Source: Octopus bimaculoides
Lineage: Eukaryota
DNA length: 64,000 bases
Direction: 5' to 3'
Assembly: GCF_001194135.2 (NCBI RefSeq)
Contig: NC_068986.1
Location: 69,665,872 to 69,729,871 of the forward strand
This document shows, one piece after another, positions 28,358 to 41,918 of this stretch. A model generated the notes under the pieces. That model ran no database searches, had not been told where the DNA came from, and saw only the letters and a list, made by a program, of their open reading frames with translations. The position numbers and the translations under genes are program-made. The stretch's first letter is position 1; every line of letters starts with the position of its first letter.

Positions 28358-28550
28358 TCCTTTCTACTATAGGCACAAGGCCTGCAATTTGGGGGGTTAC
28401 ATTGACACCAGTGCGTAACTGGTATTTAATTTATCGGCTCCGAAAGGCAAAGTCGACCTCGGCGGAATTTGATCTCAGAACGTGGCGACGGGCGAAGTAC
28501 CGCTAGACATTTCGCTCGGCGTGCTAACGCTCCTACCAGCTCGCCGTCTT
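28356..28550 (-). mobile_element. SINE family A with (ATT)n tail
   Basis: tcctttctactataggcacaaggcctgcaattt...aaaggcaaagtcgacctcggcggaatttga...gctaacgctcctaccagctcgcc; (AAT)n at 28314-28352. Confidence 0.9.
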
Positions 28551-28566
28551 AATAATAATAATAATA

Positions 28567-28644
<78 letters not shown>

Positions 28645-28646
<2 letters not shown>

Positions 28647-28856
28647 CCTTTCTACCACAGGCACAGGGCCTGAAATTTCGGGGAGGGGGATAATCGATTA
28701 CATCGAACCCAGTACTCAACTGATACTTAATTTATCGACTCGGAAAGGATGAAAGGCAAGGTCGACCACGACAGTATTTGAACTCAGAACGAAGCGACGG
28801 GCGAAATGCCGCTAAGCATTTTGTCTAGCGTGCTAACGATTCTGCCAGCTCGCGGT
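28645..28856 (-). mobile_element. SINE family A with (ATT)n tail
   Basis: Same structure as the preceding copy; (AAT)n at 28551-28644. Confidence 0.9.
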
Positions 28857-31800
28857 CTTGATATTAATACTAATAATGATAATGAGGAGGAGGAGGAGGA
28901 GGAGGATAGCAATAATAATAATGATGATGTTAACAATAATTACTTATTCCGCTATTACTTATCAGCAAAGAACTATCATCATCACTGGCTGAAATGCAAA
29001 GGAAAACAGACCTTTCTCTTGACGACGAAGATTATATAGTACGACAATTTAAGAAACTTGAACTATTAATAAACAGTTGCAGCTCCTGATCTACAGTCAA
29101 AATCTGTGACATGATAAACACAAGATCACAACATGAAGGTGTCATCAACTTAGTGATGGGGTGGGACAGAGTAACTATGAAAAAAAAAAAAAAGAAAAAA
29201 GATATTGTTGATGAGGAATGACACCTTAATGCTGAAGCAAACGGATTTTCTGTAGTTCTGATGACTCAGCATATTTGTTGTCATTCAACGAATACCTCTT
29301 TGTTACTTCAATCCGCTAAAACATACCTTGGTTCATATGCACGCATGCACGCACGCACGCACGCACGGACGTACACACACACACAGGCACACATACACAC
29401 GCTTGCACGCACACAAATGCAAGCATATTCGTTTACACGGAGAAAATCATTGCTTAAAAGCTTGTTATAATGAACAGCCGACTGTGTTCGAGTTTATTCT
29501 CTTTCAGTAATAATGTCTTACACCTCTCAATTCTCTTTTATGTTTATGCTTAATTAGTAATAATAGCGGGCCTAAGTCCATCAACTTACTTAACTTTCTC
29601 AATCTCATCTTCTGGATGAAGAGGTTGTTAGTGACATTTTAGTATTGTCACGTTCTTTTTGTGGACAGCAAAGATATGATGTTGGTACGAATAAAATCAT
29701 CAACCCCGGTTTAAAATTTTATCTGTTCATTCCAAATATTTTTCAAAAACTAGTATCTGTCCTCGGTTTATTTTTAAATTGCTGCACCTTATGTCCTAGA
29801 TTTTGGCTTGTTTAAGACTTCAACTATCATTCTGTCATTCTTTAGTTTGTGTGTGTATGTTTGCAGTAAATGAAGTTACGTTTTGTTTCATATTCTGCAA
29901 CGAATTGAGTTGCAATATTTTATCACAGTGCAAGAAGATGCTGTACCTAAGTGTCCCATGTTACTGTTTAAATCATAAAGTATACAGTTTATATGCTTAC
30001 ATTGGAATTTATATGCTATTATATATATTAAGCAATGAATCTACTCCTATTTTAAAATTTAACATATTTTACATTCATATTTCTGTTACGTAGATTTCTA
30101 TTTCCCGAGAAACAGTTTTGCTGAAACGTAATTATAGTTTTAAAATATTTGCTGCTAGTTATTCTTCAGGAAAAAAAATGGCTGGTGTATAATTGCGTCG
30201 CAAAGATATAGTGGAACGAAATAATCCCACTACATGGCTAAATACTGGAAGCTAGTTGATATCAGAATCTGGATGAGCGAATCTAAAAACTATAAGGTTT
30301 TTATTGCGGCAATCTATCGTATCCACTTTTAGGAGTATGAAGAACTGCCAATGGAAATGATAACAATTTGGTATTATTATTGTTAAACATTATTAAATTA
30401 TTGGACATACTTTCAGAAGTATTTCCTGGTCATCGCCGGAGGAAAAATTAGATGAAAGCTTTACTCTCAAGAGTCCTAGAAGATATGACTCATGACTTGA
30501 AAGCTAAAGTCAAACGTACTTTACTAGTGAACCTCCTTATATACTTGTGGATAATTTTCAGGGGACCTCATTCAATTAGAGAGGAACTAGAAAGTGTTCG
30601 TGGAAAAGGGATTGTAAATGAGTAGAGAAAATACTGTTATATGAGGAAATGGAAGTGAATTAAAGGAGGAGAAAGTGATTTTCTGCAGCTGTACATTTAC
30701 TTCTAGAAAGCTTTGGATGAGAGATCAGAGGCAAACAAATGAAAAGAGCCAGGAAATAATAAGGGAAGAATAAGAACTTGAGTGAAAATAGAAAGGAAAA
30801 AATAAAGAAAAAGAATACAATAGTATGATGTATTAAGGTGAAGTGAAATAGAAAATGTCGAAAGGATTGGGTTGGGGGACCAATAATAATAATGTATAAA
30901 GAAGGGCAAGTGGTCAAAGGGCTTACGAAAGAGGAAGGACGAAACACAATAAGAAAAAGTGCATTAAGATAAAAGTAACCAAAATTGTTGGCTGTAGACA
31001 AGCTTTAGTAGGGGCTTCTATTTCACTATCCCCTACTCAGAAATAGAAAGTCGTTAGCTTTGATGACTGACATGTGGGTATTACTGGAATTTATCTTATT
31101 GATTATATGAGGCTATAAACTTATATTATTAAGATTGAAACTTTTTATTTGTCAAATGAGCCACTTTCCTACCCCCTCTTACAGAGAGAACTGGCATTGT
31201 AGGGGGAAATAAATGAAAGTAGAACTGTCAGGTTAAGCCTAAAAGGAAACCTAATGATTTTTAATGTTTTCATTAAGTAAACGTCACTGCCGTCTAAGTC
31301 TGGCATTTTGCAATAACACAAAAGGTCTTTGATGTTCTAGTTTCCTCCATCCATATGGAAATACACATCAGTTGAGGATGATATAGATATATGTGCCTGG
31401 CATCCTTTTCGTACATAGAGAAAGTAATACACTTTTACTTACATATACACGGTATATAACCACATAAAGGCGTGGGTGCACGCGCACACACATTTCACAC
31501 TTGTAATCCATTTACAAGTCTCTAACATGTGCTTAATGTAAAAAGCCTCTTTTAATTCTTTAAATGTAGACGTGAGAAGAAATAAAAAGAAAGGAAAGAA
31601 AGGGGAAGCTTGGAGCCTTCATGAGTGGTAAAAAGTAAAGCAAAAATAGTTTTTGTACCTGTTACCCTGTAAATGTTGAAGGTACTATAAACATTATTAT
31701 GCTCTGGCTTTTATATATGCTTCCTAAAACACTCGATCTGTCAAAACAATCGGAGAACATCAATTACAATAGAAATAATAACAGAAGTATCTCAGCATTC

Positions 31801-34800
31801 ATTCTTAGTCTAAGATATTTAACACATATAAAAGTGAAGTGGTTTGTAAAACGCCCAACCTTAACTGGTTCATGACTTGGGAAGGGAGTCAGCCTAAGTT
31901 ACATCTACAATCGCCTTTTCTTAGACATAATGAATCGCTTTGGAGGACTTTTATATGCAATTTACAATGGAATGTTTCGATGAAGTGAAGCCAAAGAAAA
32001 TCAAGATTTCGATTATTAAGTTTCTTTTCAACTAAATTCAGCTAAATACTTAATATCTCCGTTTATTTCACGGTTCCTTAAACGATGTAATGCGGTTGAA
32101 CTAAATCATTTCTACGGAAGACATACAATTACGGCCAGATTTAAAGGACTCGATTTTCTTTTTCTCGTTTGTCTTCAGGTTAAGTGCACTGTTGCTAATA
32201 ACGATTGGAAACAAAAGAACTTCTGACAGCAACTTTCCACCTCATAAATATGGAGATGGATGACAAGGGGGAAGGGAAACCCATGTAAAGAATAAGAATC
32301 CTTATAGATGGAGTTGCATACTGTTGAGGAACCACAGCAAGGGTAAACAGATAATTAGACAATTTTAAACATTACTTTACTTTATGACTAAATCATGACA
32401 TTTTGTCATTGATTCAATACAAAGCAGAGGCTGGGTTTTAGTGGAGATATTCGGTTAAACGTCATTTCAGCAATGTCATACGCCATGTATTTATCTATCT
32501 TATATAACTCTTGTTTCATGTACTCAAACTAACGAAAAACCATCATTCATTCAAAGCGTACAATACTGAACACTACTTTTGTCCTGAACCTTTTTATAAC
32601 TAAATCGTCTACACTGGAAACAATTATGTAATGTTTCTAAAGATAGCTCAATGAACAGTGACCTGGTACATTCTACTTCTATCTTTTCGGTTCGGTCATT
32701 TATGTAATTCAGATTAAAGACGAAACTAGTTGACTAAACCTATTCAATAATGGCTATTTTCTTTAGACACAAAATGAAATTTATAGAGAGGAGTTTACTG
32801 ACAATGTATTATGAACTAGTATGTTTTAGTATTTATTTTTGTTGATTCCCAAAGATGAAAGGCCAGATTGACTATAATGTGATTTCAGCTCATAATAGTA
32901 AAGCATCTTTAATTAGGTTGCTACTGTCTGCACTGAATGCATTTTCATTGACTTCGTGATGTTAATAGAAGCGTTAATGATAGTGGCAAAGATTGTTTTG
33001 ATGGTGGTGTGAAGTTGCTAGGAGTTATAGTGTTGTGTTTTGTTGAAGTATCAGAGTGATTATGATGGTTTTTTTACTGTTGGGTGTGTCAGTAGATGCT
33101 GGTGTAAGTGTTCGAAGTATGATGTTCTCGAGTTTGTATACGTTAGTGTGCGACTGGTGTGATCTGTATATTTTGCAATCTTAAAAGTAGTGACGTGAAA
33201 GTGGTATGAGATAGCATTATCATCCATAATAGCCATCCTTTCAGTTCATAACCCAAGTGTTCTATAAACTACAGGCATATATATACTGCATCTTATTACA
33301 GTAACAATATGAACACTCGAACACTTTAGATTTTGTATATATTAAAGATGTTAGCTGAACAAATAAGCATTATATGTATTTTTCAACAACAAATATTAGA
33401 TAAGTTTGAAGTGTAAAGTTTTTAAAAGAAATAGAAAATATTAAAAAGATTGCCTACAGTTTCCCTTACGGCTGTTTATTTGGATAGAATGCTTTAGTTT
33501 GGTTAACAAATTAAGATTGCTCCGGGTAAATTCAGGAGCATTAAAAAAGGTGTTATTTTGTTGCAGAAAGAATTTCTAGAAAACATCCGGAAATTAGAAA
33601 ATCATGAATCAAGATTTATACATTTATTTATATCTCAATTCAGGAGTTGATTAAGATAATTTTTATTATTTCACACGTTTATTTCTTTCTTTTTGTAACC
33701 TAAATTATGCTTTATTTTAATTCGCTTCCTTCATTTCATTTTGCACGAAGGAAAGATACATAATATGAATTTGAAATACCAGCTCTAAAGATCAGTGCGC
33801 CTTTAACAAATTCATACATTCGTACTTTCAAAATACTAAATATGCTTACACGTACCCACATACATACATGCACCCACAAATACACACACACGCGCGCGCG
33901 CGCACGCACACACACACACACACACACACGTACATACATACATGTATACATGCATGCATGCATTCATTAATGTACATAGGTATTCATGGGATGGTGAAAG
34001 GGAGAGTAAAAAAGAAAAATGATAATGACAGCATGGTTTATGATGAAGAGCGAATTACACTACCCGTTGGTGCAAATCTATTCATATGTGAAGTAACTAA
34101 TTATCTCAAGTGCATCTCTACTTGCTTCGCATTCGTACAAAATTTTATTGCATTTATCATCTATTAACTATAACCGTTGCATCTCTAACTTGATGTGTTT
34201 ATCATACATCAGAGTGCAACAATAGTAATGTTTATGACGCTCAGTAGTAACCCTGATATGCTTCTGTGAAATAACCGTGCGCATCTCACAGCATTAAAGC
34301 ATTGCATACATGCATAAGAAAGCTTCACTGGTAAACTCAATAACTGTAATACTAAAGTTTACTACCTTTACATCAGATTTCATTACTTTCCAATATTAGT
34401 ACTTAAATCTTGATTCCAATGGCTGAGCTTCCATATACGAAGGTACGGTTTCAATTGGAGTATTTTTTTTCTAAAGTAACCGTAATCCAATATATATTTT
34501 CAGTTTTCTTTGTGGCCAGTAGATGATTAAGAACTGATCATATTTACATAGTCACGTGCAAATTATCTTGTTGCTTGCAAAAATATTTTGAAAAGCCTCA
34601 TTTTTTTATAACGTATCTACCACACACGGGGCCATATTATTTGAATCACTGATCCAAATCCCAGTAATCTCTTTGCTATTCATTCGACAAATGTTTCTGC
34701 AAAATAAGCTATAATTCTATAACTTCTTTTAAATTAGACACCACACAGATGCTTGTACACCTTTTCAATTAGAATACATTTGGGTAGGTGGAGTTCTCCA

Positions 34801-35613
34801 GCCCTCTAAAGTAGTTCATCTTGGAGGAGGCCACAGTAATGTAAAACTAGAGCGTGCTGGTCACCGCAACAATCTTAGAACTTTGAGCCACTGTAGATAG
34901 ACTGTGGAACTAGATTGCGCGGACTGACTCTCATTTTAAAAGTACTAAGAGCAGACATGATGAAGAAGCCTTGCAGTTTCAAGCATCGGTTTACATAGTC
35001 ACTTGAAGGCCTACTGCTCTACTTCATAGTCTTCAGACATGGACAAATTGCCATTATTTTTGTGTTTTGTTCTGTATCTTTCAATCACATCGAGATTCAA
35101 AGGTATAATTACCTCCCTTGTTAATAGCTGTCGCCTGTTAATGGATACAACATAAAACCTGCAAAGATATCTATCTATCTATCTCGAGTCCAGGAGAGGC
35201 TACTAATTCTGTCACTGTTGCCGACATTCCCTCTTTTACGGAATATATATACACGCTTAACTTTCTGCTGATGTGATAAGCGCTTATCTTCTAAGTTTTC
35301 GTGTACGTATGTATATAGATGTGTATGTATATACGCATGTATGTATGTATGCATGTATGTATGTATGTATGTATGCATGTATGTATGCATGTATGCATGT
35401 ATGCATGCATGTATATATGCATGTATGTATGTAATCTGGTTCTTAGTCTTGGTGTCTCTCTTGCGAAATTTCTAACTTACGAAGACGTAAAGAAACCAAA
35501 ACCTGTGGTCTAACGGCGGTGAGTGGCAAACAATCAAGAACACAAAGACGCACACACTCTCTCTCTCTCTCTCTCTCGCGCGCGCACACACACACGCACA
35601 CAAACGCACACAC

Positions 35614-35642
<29 letters not shown>

Positions 35643-35647
<5 letters not shown>

Positions 35648-35810
35648 GACAGACTTCCGCAATTTACGTCAACCAAATTTCATCACAAGACGTTGGTCCG
35701 CCCGTGGCTATTGTGGATGAGCTATACCCAAGGGACCGCACGGTGGAACCGAACCTGAAACTACGTGGTCACAAAATGAACTCCTTATCTACACACCCAT
35801 GCCCGCGCCT
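35643..35810 (-). mobile_element. SINE family B 5' half, diverged
   Basis: acgacagacttcc...accaaatttcatcacaag...cccaaggga...gaaccgaacctgaaactacgtggt...cccatgcccgcgcc. Confidence 0.7.
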
Positions 35811-36899
35811 ATACCATATCGCTATGCTGTTCTGAAAAATTAATCAAGAAATTTAAGGGTACTCTGGATGTACAAAATATTTTTGAATGAATAAAGAATA
35901 ATTTTGTCTGGCGAGTCGAACCTAAATTTAAATGTCAAGTATGAATACGTAAGTGGTTAGGTATGTGTGGAATTATAGAATTATAGAATTATAGAATTCG
36001 CTACGGAGTTTTCTATCCGGTTGAATTGTTTTAAACTGCATATGGGATTAGGGAGAGAAACTATGGCCTTGAATGGTCAATACGTATTTTATCCTGACGC
36101 TTCTTATAGAATGATTTCTTCTACTTCGCTGCATTCAGTGGCACATATAGAAGATAGACAATCAGAAAATGTTTCCGGGTTATAGAAATATTGTTCAGTT
36201 ATTAATTAATGTATTTAGTAATTCGATTTCATGTTATAATATGTTAAGGATGTTCATGTTTTCTCAATATAGTTTGTGGATCAATCGGTAGATATGTCTG
36301 ATTTAGAATATTTGCGTGTATCAAGAGATTAAGTGATCATGGTTGATTAGTGCATGCAATCCGTTGATCATAACTATCTTTATGTCAGTATTTGTGGTCA
36401 TAGTGCTTCTATATTGATTAGGTTAATATATATTTGTATTTTTAAATCTATAATTTTTTAAAATCTATAATTTGTATTTCTTCTTGTTTGGTTTATTCTT
36501 TAAAAGTGTTATTTATTATTGAATAAATTGACAGACTTGGGTAATTGTAAATATCGTAATTTATTTCATTGAATTTTTTGTAACAATGTAATCAGTTTAT
36601 AAGTTGTTCACTTTGTAATTATGATCCAGGTATATTAGATTTGTATATTCCTAGGCAGTGTTAGATTACGTATCTGTAAGGGTGTTGGGGCACCGGCGGA
36701 AGTAGGTTCCTGCATATAGTTGCCGAAGTCACGTTGATATCCGTTAGGCAGCTGAAGACGGAATTCTTAGTTTTGTTGCTTTTGTTGCATATGTTTCTGA
36801 TTAAGGTTATCTCTGATTAAGTTTTATGTTTGTTGGTATGGTATATGTACGTTTGTGCACGCGTACGCATGTACCTATGTGTGTCTGTGCACACATAGG

Positions 36900-37090
36900 T
36901 ACATGTATATATGTATGTATATATATATATATATGCATATATATATGCATATATATATATGCATATATGTATGCATATATGTATGCATATATATATGCAT
37001 ATATGTATATACATATGCATATATATGCAAATATATATATATGCATATATATATATGCATATATATATGCCTATATATATATATATATAT
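36900..37090. repeat. (ATATATGC)-type degenerate low-complexity array
   Basis: Seen directly. Confidence 0.9.
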
Positions 37091-37569
37091 AATATACAAA
37101 ATATATATGAAATATATAGTATGTAGCAGAGGTTATGATGAAAGCTGTGTCTTCGTGTGACACATCTGCGTATTTCAGTATTTACATGTATATAGATGTT
37201 TTGTTTTAAATGAGAGAATCATACGCATATGCTGAAATTCCTGGTGAATTATATATGCAGAGTTTTGAGACAAAGACCGGAATATTTGGCACCATTTTAA
37301 TTCTGTGTTACACGTGTTCCATTATGATATGGGAAATACATTGTATGGATATAAATATTAATAGTAAATATAATAGTACACATAAAATTAATTTATATAT
37401 GCATACATAGTGCATGAGTCCATCTTTTTCAGACTCACTGTACAAAATTTTATAAGTTTGGAGGAGAATTCTGCAGGTCGCGAATTCACATTTTGATAAC
37501 TGACTGGATTGATAGAAAACAAACATATAGAGAGGTGTATAAATGTGAGCGAGGATAGATACACACGCA

Positions 37570-37618
<49 letters not shown>

Positions 37619-37855
37619 NNNNNNNNNNNNNNNNNNNNNNNNNNNNNNNNNNNNNNNNNNNNNNNNNNNNNNNNNNNNNNNNNNNNNNNNNNNNNNNNNN
37701 NNNNNNNNNNNNNNNNNNNNNNNNNNNNNNNNNNNNNNNNNNNNNNNNNNNNNNNNNNNNNNNNNNNNNNNNNNNNNNNNNNNNNNNNNNNNNNNNNNNN
37801 NNNNNNNNNNNNNNNNNNNNNNNNNNNNNNNNNNNNNNNNNNNNNNNNNNNNNNN

Positions 37856-37920
<65 letters not shown>

Positions 37921-38474
37921 AATAAATAGATAAATAAATAAATAAATAGAGTGAGAGAGAGATACATGCATACATGCACACATATAGTCATTCATATACA
38001 TGTAGAAACATACACGCACACACACACACACACACACACACCTATGTAACCATATTTACCCTTAGTTACAATTTTAACGTAAATTTCAGACATATGTGTA
38101 TAAGTGGAAGAGTTTGTGTTTAGCAGTACATATAACACCGTCTGTCTACATACCAGCCATTCTGCAATGTACAACGGCAGTATGACGATGAAATAGCAAG
38201 GAATTGTATAAATGAAACCCTGTTTACACTTAATGTTACATGATCGTTCTTCATATTTGATAAATTAGTAGACTTCAGTGCTAAGTTACAATAGGCCTTC
38301 TCTCAGCTTACCCTTTCTCTGCGTATACGCACATACGCCCACACATGTCTTCGCGCGAACACAAAAGCCCACAAAACGCATATAGAAGCGTATACATTCA
38401 CACAAGCTCATACATACACGGACATTCAACGCTGGAGGGTGCACGTGTGTGCGAATATACGTATATGGATGTAT

Positions 38475-38959
38475 GCCAAGCTAACATGGCAGTCCAGGAA
38501 AATATGACGAATGCTGCCGTTGATTAGCTCCAAGAGGCCATCGCCTCTAGCTAGTTATGTGACACATAAACCTGTGTCCATTACAACCTTCGAACAGGGG
38601 AGGTCAGCAGCTTCCCCTTGCTCGTTCAACATCCACAGACTAGTTTCGGGGTATTTGCCCCTTCTCAATATGGAATAGTAGGTGTCGCTGCTGACTGTCT
38701 GTTCGAAGGTTTATTTATGTATGTTCAGTGGAACACATCCACTGGTTTTCAAAAATAGAAATATTAATATTTCTAAATTTCTCTAAAGGAGACTACGGCA
38801 GCAGTACTGGATATTAATAGTTATCGCCAAGCTAACATGGCAGTCCAGGAAAATAGGACGAATGCTACCGTTGATTAGCTCCTAGAGGCCATCGCCTCTA
38901 GCTAGCTATGTGACACACAAACCTATGTCCATTACAACCTTCGAACATGGGAGGTCAGC
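38475..38959. repeat. 134-bp direct repeat pair (38475-38608, 38826-38959), period 351 bp
   Basis: Both copies run gccaagctaacatggcagtccaggaaaat...acaaccttcgaaca(g/t)gggaggtcagc with only scattered substitutions. Confidence 0.9.
38634..38672 (-). ncRNA. Degenerate minimal type I hammerhead ribozyme motif
   Basis: Minus strand reads CAUA UUGAGA A GGGG CAAAUA CCCC GAAAC UA GUC UGUG. Stem I is CAUA/UGUG, stem II is GGGG/CCCC, and the stem III region ACUAGU is palindromic with a GUC site. The CUGANGA core has decayed to UUGA-GA. Confidence 0.55.
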
Positions 38960-39456
38960 TATATATACATATATTATAAAGGTATATCAAATAACATACA
39001 ACAAAGATTCTTGATTTATTAATAAATCAAGGATCTTTGTTGTATGTTATTAATATCATCTGTTTCTAGAGAATTTCCCAATGGAAATTATGATCAGCAC
39101 TACTTCAGAAGAGGACATGTTCTCGTGATACAAGTATTCTCCAAAGCTAACATGTCATTAAAGCACACGAAGAGGGTGATTGTCTGGAGAGAAGAGGACA
39201 GTCTTTGAACTCATTATCTTGTGGTTAGTAATCCATTGCCTTAAATTTGAAGCCATTCTTTAAACATTATTTTACTGGGTTTAGTCTTTTGATTGTCGCC
39301 ATGGTGGGGTATCACCTTCAAAAATTTAATTAATCTTACTGACCTCAGTATGAGTTTCAATCTGATATTTATTTTATAGATCATTGCTAACCTTGAGGCA
39401 TAGTGGGACACAATACTCAATTTAACAACAAATGTAAACACACACACACACACATT

Positions 39457-39610
39457 AGGTGCAAGAATGACTGTGTTATTGAGAAGTTTGCTTCCCAGCC
39501 ACATGGTTCCATGTTCAGTCCCTCTGCATGGTACCCTGGGGAAATGTTTTCTATTACAGCCCTAGGCCAACCACAGAATTGTGACTAAATTTGGTAGAGG
39601 GAAACTGCAG
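39457..39610 (+). mobile_element. SINE family B 5' half
   Basis: ggtgcaagaatgactgtg...agaagtttgcttcccagccacatggttccatgttcagtccctctgcatggtaccctgggg. Confidence 0.75.
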
Positions 39611-39714
39611 CGTTGTTCATCAGAAAATGACCGTAAAACATGTTTATAAAGAAGAGAGAGTTGTTTGCTTCATAAACATCTGGGTAACGTCGGGGTGCAT
39701 TGCTAATGTGTGTG

Positions 39715-39760
<46 letters not shown>

Positions 39761-40022
39761 CATAAATTGATAGAAACAAAGAAAGAGAGAGAGGGGGAGA
39801 GGTTAAATTTTAAGGTAAAAACAAACTCAATGTAAATATTATCGATGTCGCATACTTAATCTGTGTTTTAAGGCCTTAAATTGAGTTTCCCGGGACGACA
39901 TACCACAGCTAAAAAGCGTTTAAACGAAATGCACTCATTAAGTATATATATCAATAACATATATATATATGTATATATATCGAGATGTGAGTGTGTGTGT
40001 GGTATATATATATATATATGTA

Positions 40023-40053
<31 letters not shown>

Positions 40054-40571
40054 CGCTATTGTGGTTTGGTGAATCTTCTGCAGTGGATTTTCATAATACA
40101 TCTGGCTGCATATCTACAATAGTTTTTTAGGGAAACACTTTATTATATCAGTTAACACAAAACAAATGCATTCGCTCTTTGTCAATGTAACGTAATATAA
40201 TGTGTCCCTGAAGAACCTTTGTGCACTTCCATCAACATCTACTATGAAAACCCATCGCACAGCATGAAAATATGCTAATGGCTAAGCGCGTGTACGAAGG
40301 AAACGGTATAAACTGGATATTGTGTTTTATTTACTCTGTATATCATATGTTCCTATATTTATTCGCTCTGTATATCATAACCGGTAATACCACACCACAT
40401 TACTCGAAGTAGACTGGATTACGATATTTTATGTGGAGCTCTAAATTCACCAGAAGCAATCATACTTCTAACTGCACAGAAAAAAAAGTAATTATACTAA
40501 CACAGACAATATAAATGTATACACCCCAACACATACATACACACATCCATATATATATGTATATACGTATT

Positions 40572-40606
<35 letters not shown>

Positions 40607-40622
40607 ATATATGTATATATGC

Positions 40623-40653
<31 letters not shown>

Positions 40654-40710
40654 CATACACACACAAATATGTATGTATGTGTGTATGTATGTATTATGTA
40701 TGTATGCATG

Positions 40711-40769
<59 letters not shown>

Positions 40770-41555
40770 ATGTATGTATGCATGTATCTTTGTAAAGTGG
40801 GAGACAGTTCCTTATATATGAGGTAGAAGCGACAGAAATATTCATGGATGATATTTTCTTTCCATAAAACACTCAGTAAGCTACGAAGGAAATATATAGA
40901 GCGAGATGGTGAGTGATATTTCGATAGGATATTACATACTTACACACACACACACATACACATACACTCACACAATACACATACACACAAGCATACATAA
41001 CATTTCATATATTCAAACATAGACACATGCATATTCACACACATGCATGTATATACACACCTAACATGGAGTAAAAATAAAATATCTATGACGTATGTGT
41101 GTGAATGATTAGTATAAAAATATGAAAATAAAGGGTAAGTATTATGTGGCATCTAAATATTAAAACCACACCAATAAATATCAGGATAAGATTATACAAT
41201 CAAAGCATCTAATCCTAAAGACATCTCTGCTTTCACAGAATATATAATTTCTGGATCACTATCCAATGCTTCCTTCAAACTGCCAGCATCTTAAATTATT
41301 CAACTTCAATATATTCTTTTCTTTCATTTTTCAAAATTTTCTATACATATCCTTTAGATGAACGGTTTCTTTCTGTATATACAAACACATAAATATATTA
41401 TATATATNNNNNNNNNNTGTCTATCCATCTATCTATTTATTTATTCTATCTGTCTATCCATCAATCTATTTATGTATTCTATCTGTCTATCCATCAATCT
41501 ATTTATTTATTCTATCTGTCTATCCATCAATCTATTTATTTATTCTATCTATCTT

Positions 41556-41766
41556 ATTTCTTTATTGCCCACAAGGGGCTAAACATAGAGAGGACAAACA
41601 AAGGGATTAAGTGAATTACATCGACCACAGTGCGTACCTGGTACTTAATTTATCAACCCCGAAAGGCAAAGTCGACCTCGGTGGAATTTGAACTCAGAAC
41701 GTAGCGGCAGACGAAATACCGCTAAGCATTTTGCCCAGCGTGCCGATGCCTCTTCCAGCTTGCCGC
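41556..41766 (-). mobile_element. SINE family A head/core with a different 3' tail
   Basis: Head and core match 28356-28550, but the tail reads attgcccacaaggggctaaacatagagaggacaaacaaagggattaag instead of tcctttctactataggcacaaggcctg. Confidence 0.8.
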
Positions 41767-41918
41767 TCTATCTATTTATCTATCCACCAACCCACCCTCC
41801 CATCATCCATCTATGTATCCATCTACCCATCATCCAGCCAGCCAACCAACCAACCATACCTGCTTGAGCTATTTGTCTATCCATCTATCTATAAACTCAT
41901 CCTTTTACCTATTTTCAG

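Noticed and set aside
28551-28644. Regularly spaced repeats as a CRISPR-like array
   Set aside because: This is eukaryotic DNA; the repeats are SINE copies and (AAT)n tails with no constant repeat/unique spacer pattern and no cas genes.
30400-31260. Purine-rich stretch that might be a retroelement relic
   Set aside because: No diagnostic motif was recoverable by hand; all frames I read were stop-ridden.
32180-32365. Strong acceptor followed by a possible exon
   Set aside because: All three frames hit stops before the next donor, and there is no XPG similarity.
32990-33030. FDGGV peptide resembling the XPG N-domain FVFDG motif
   Set aside because: The flanking residues do not match, there are no splice sites, and it lies in GGT/GTT-rich low-complexity sequence.
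36745-36780. CUGAAGA-CGGAAUUC, a possible fifth hammerhead start
   Set aside because: The sequence breaks off with no closing stem II or GAAA; at best a truncated remnant.
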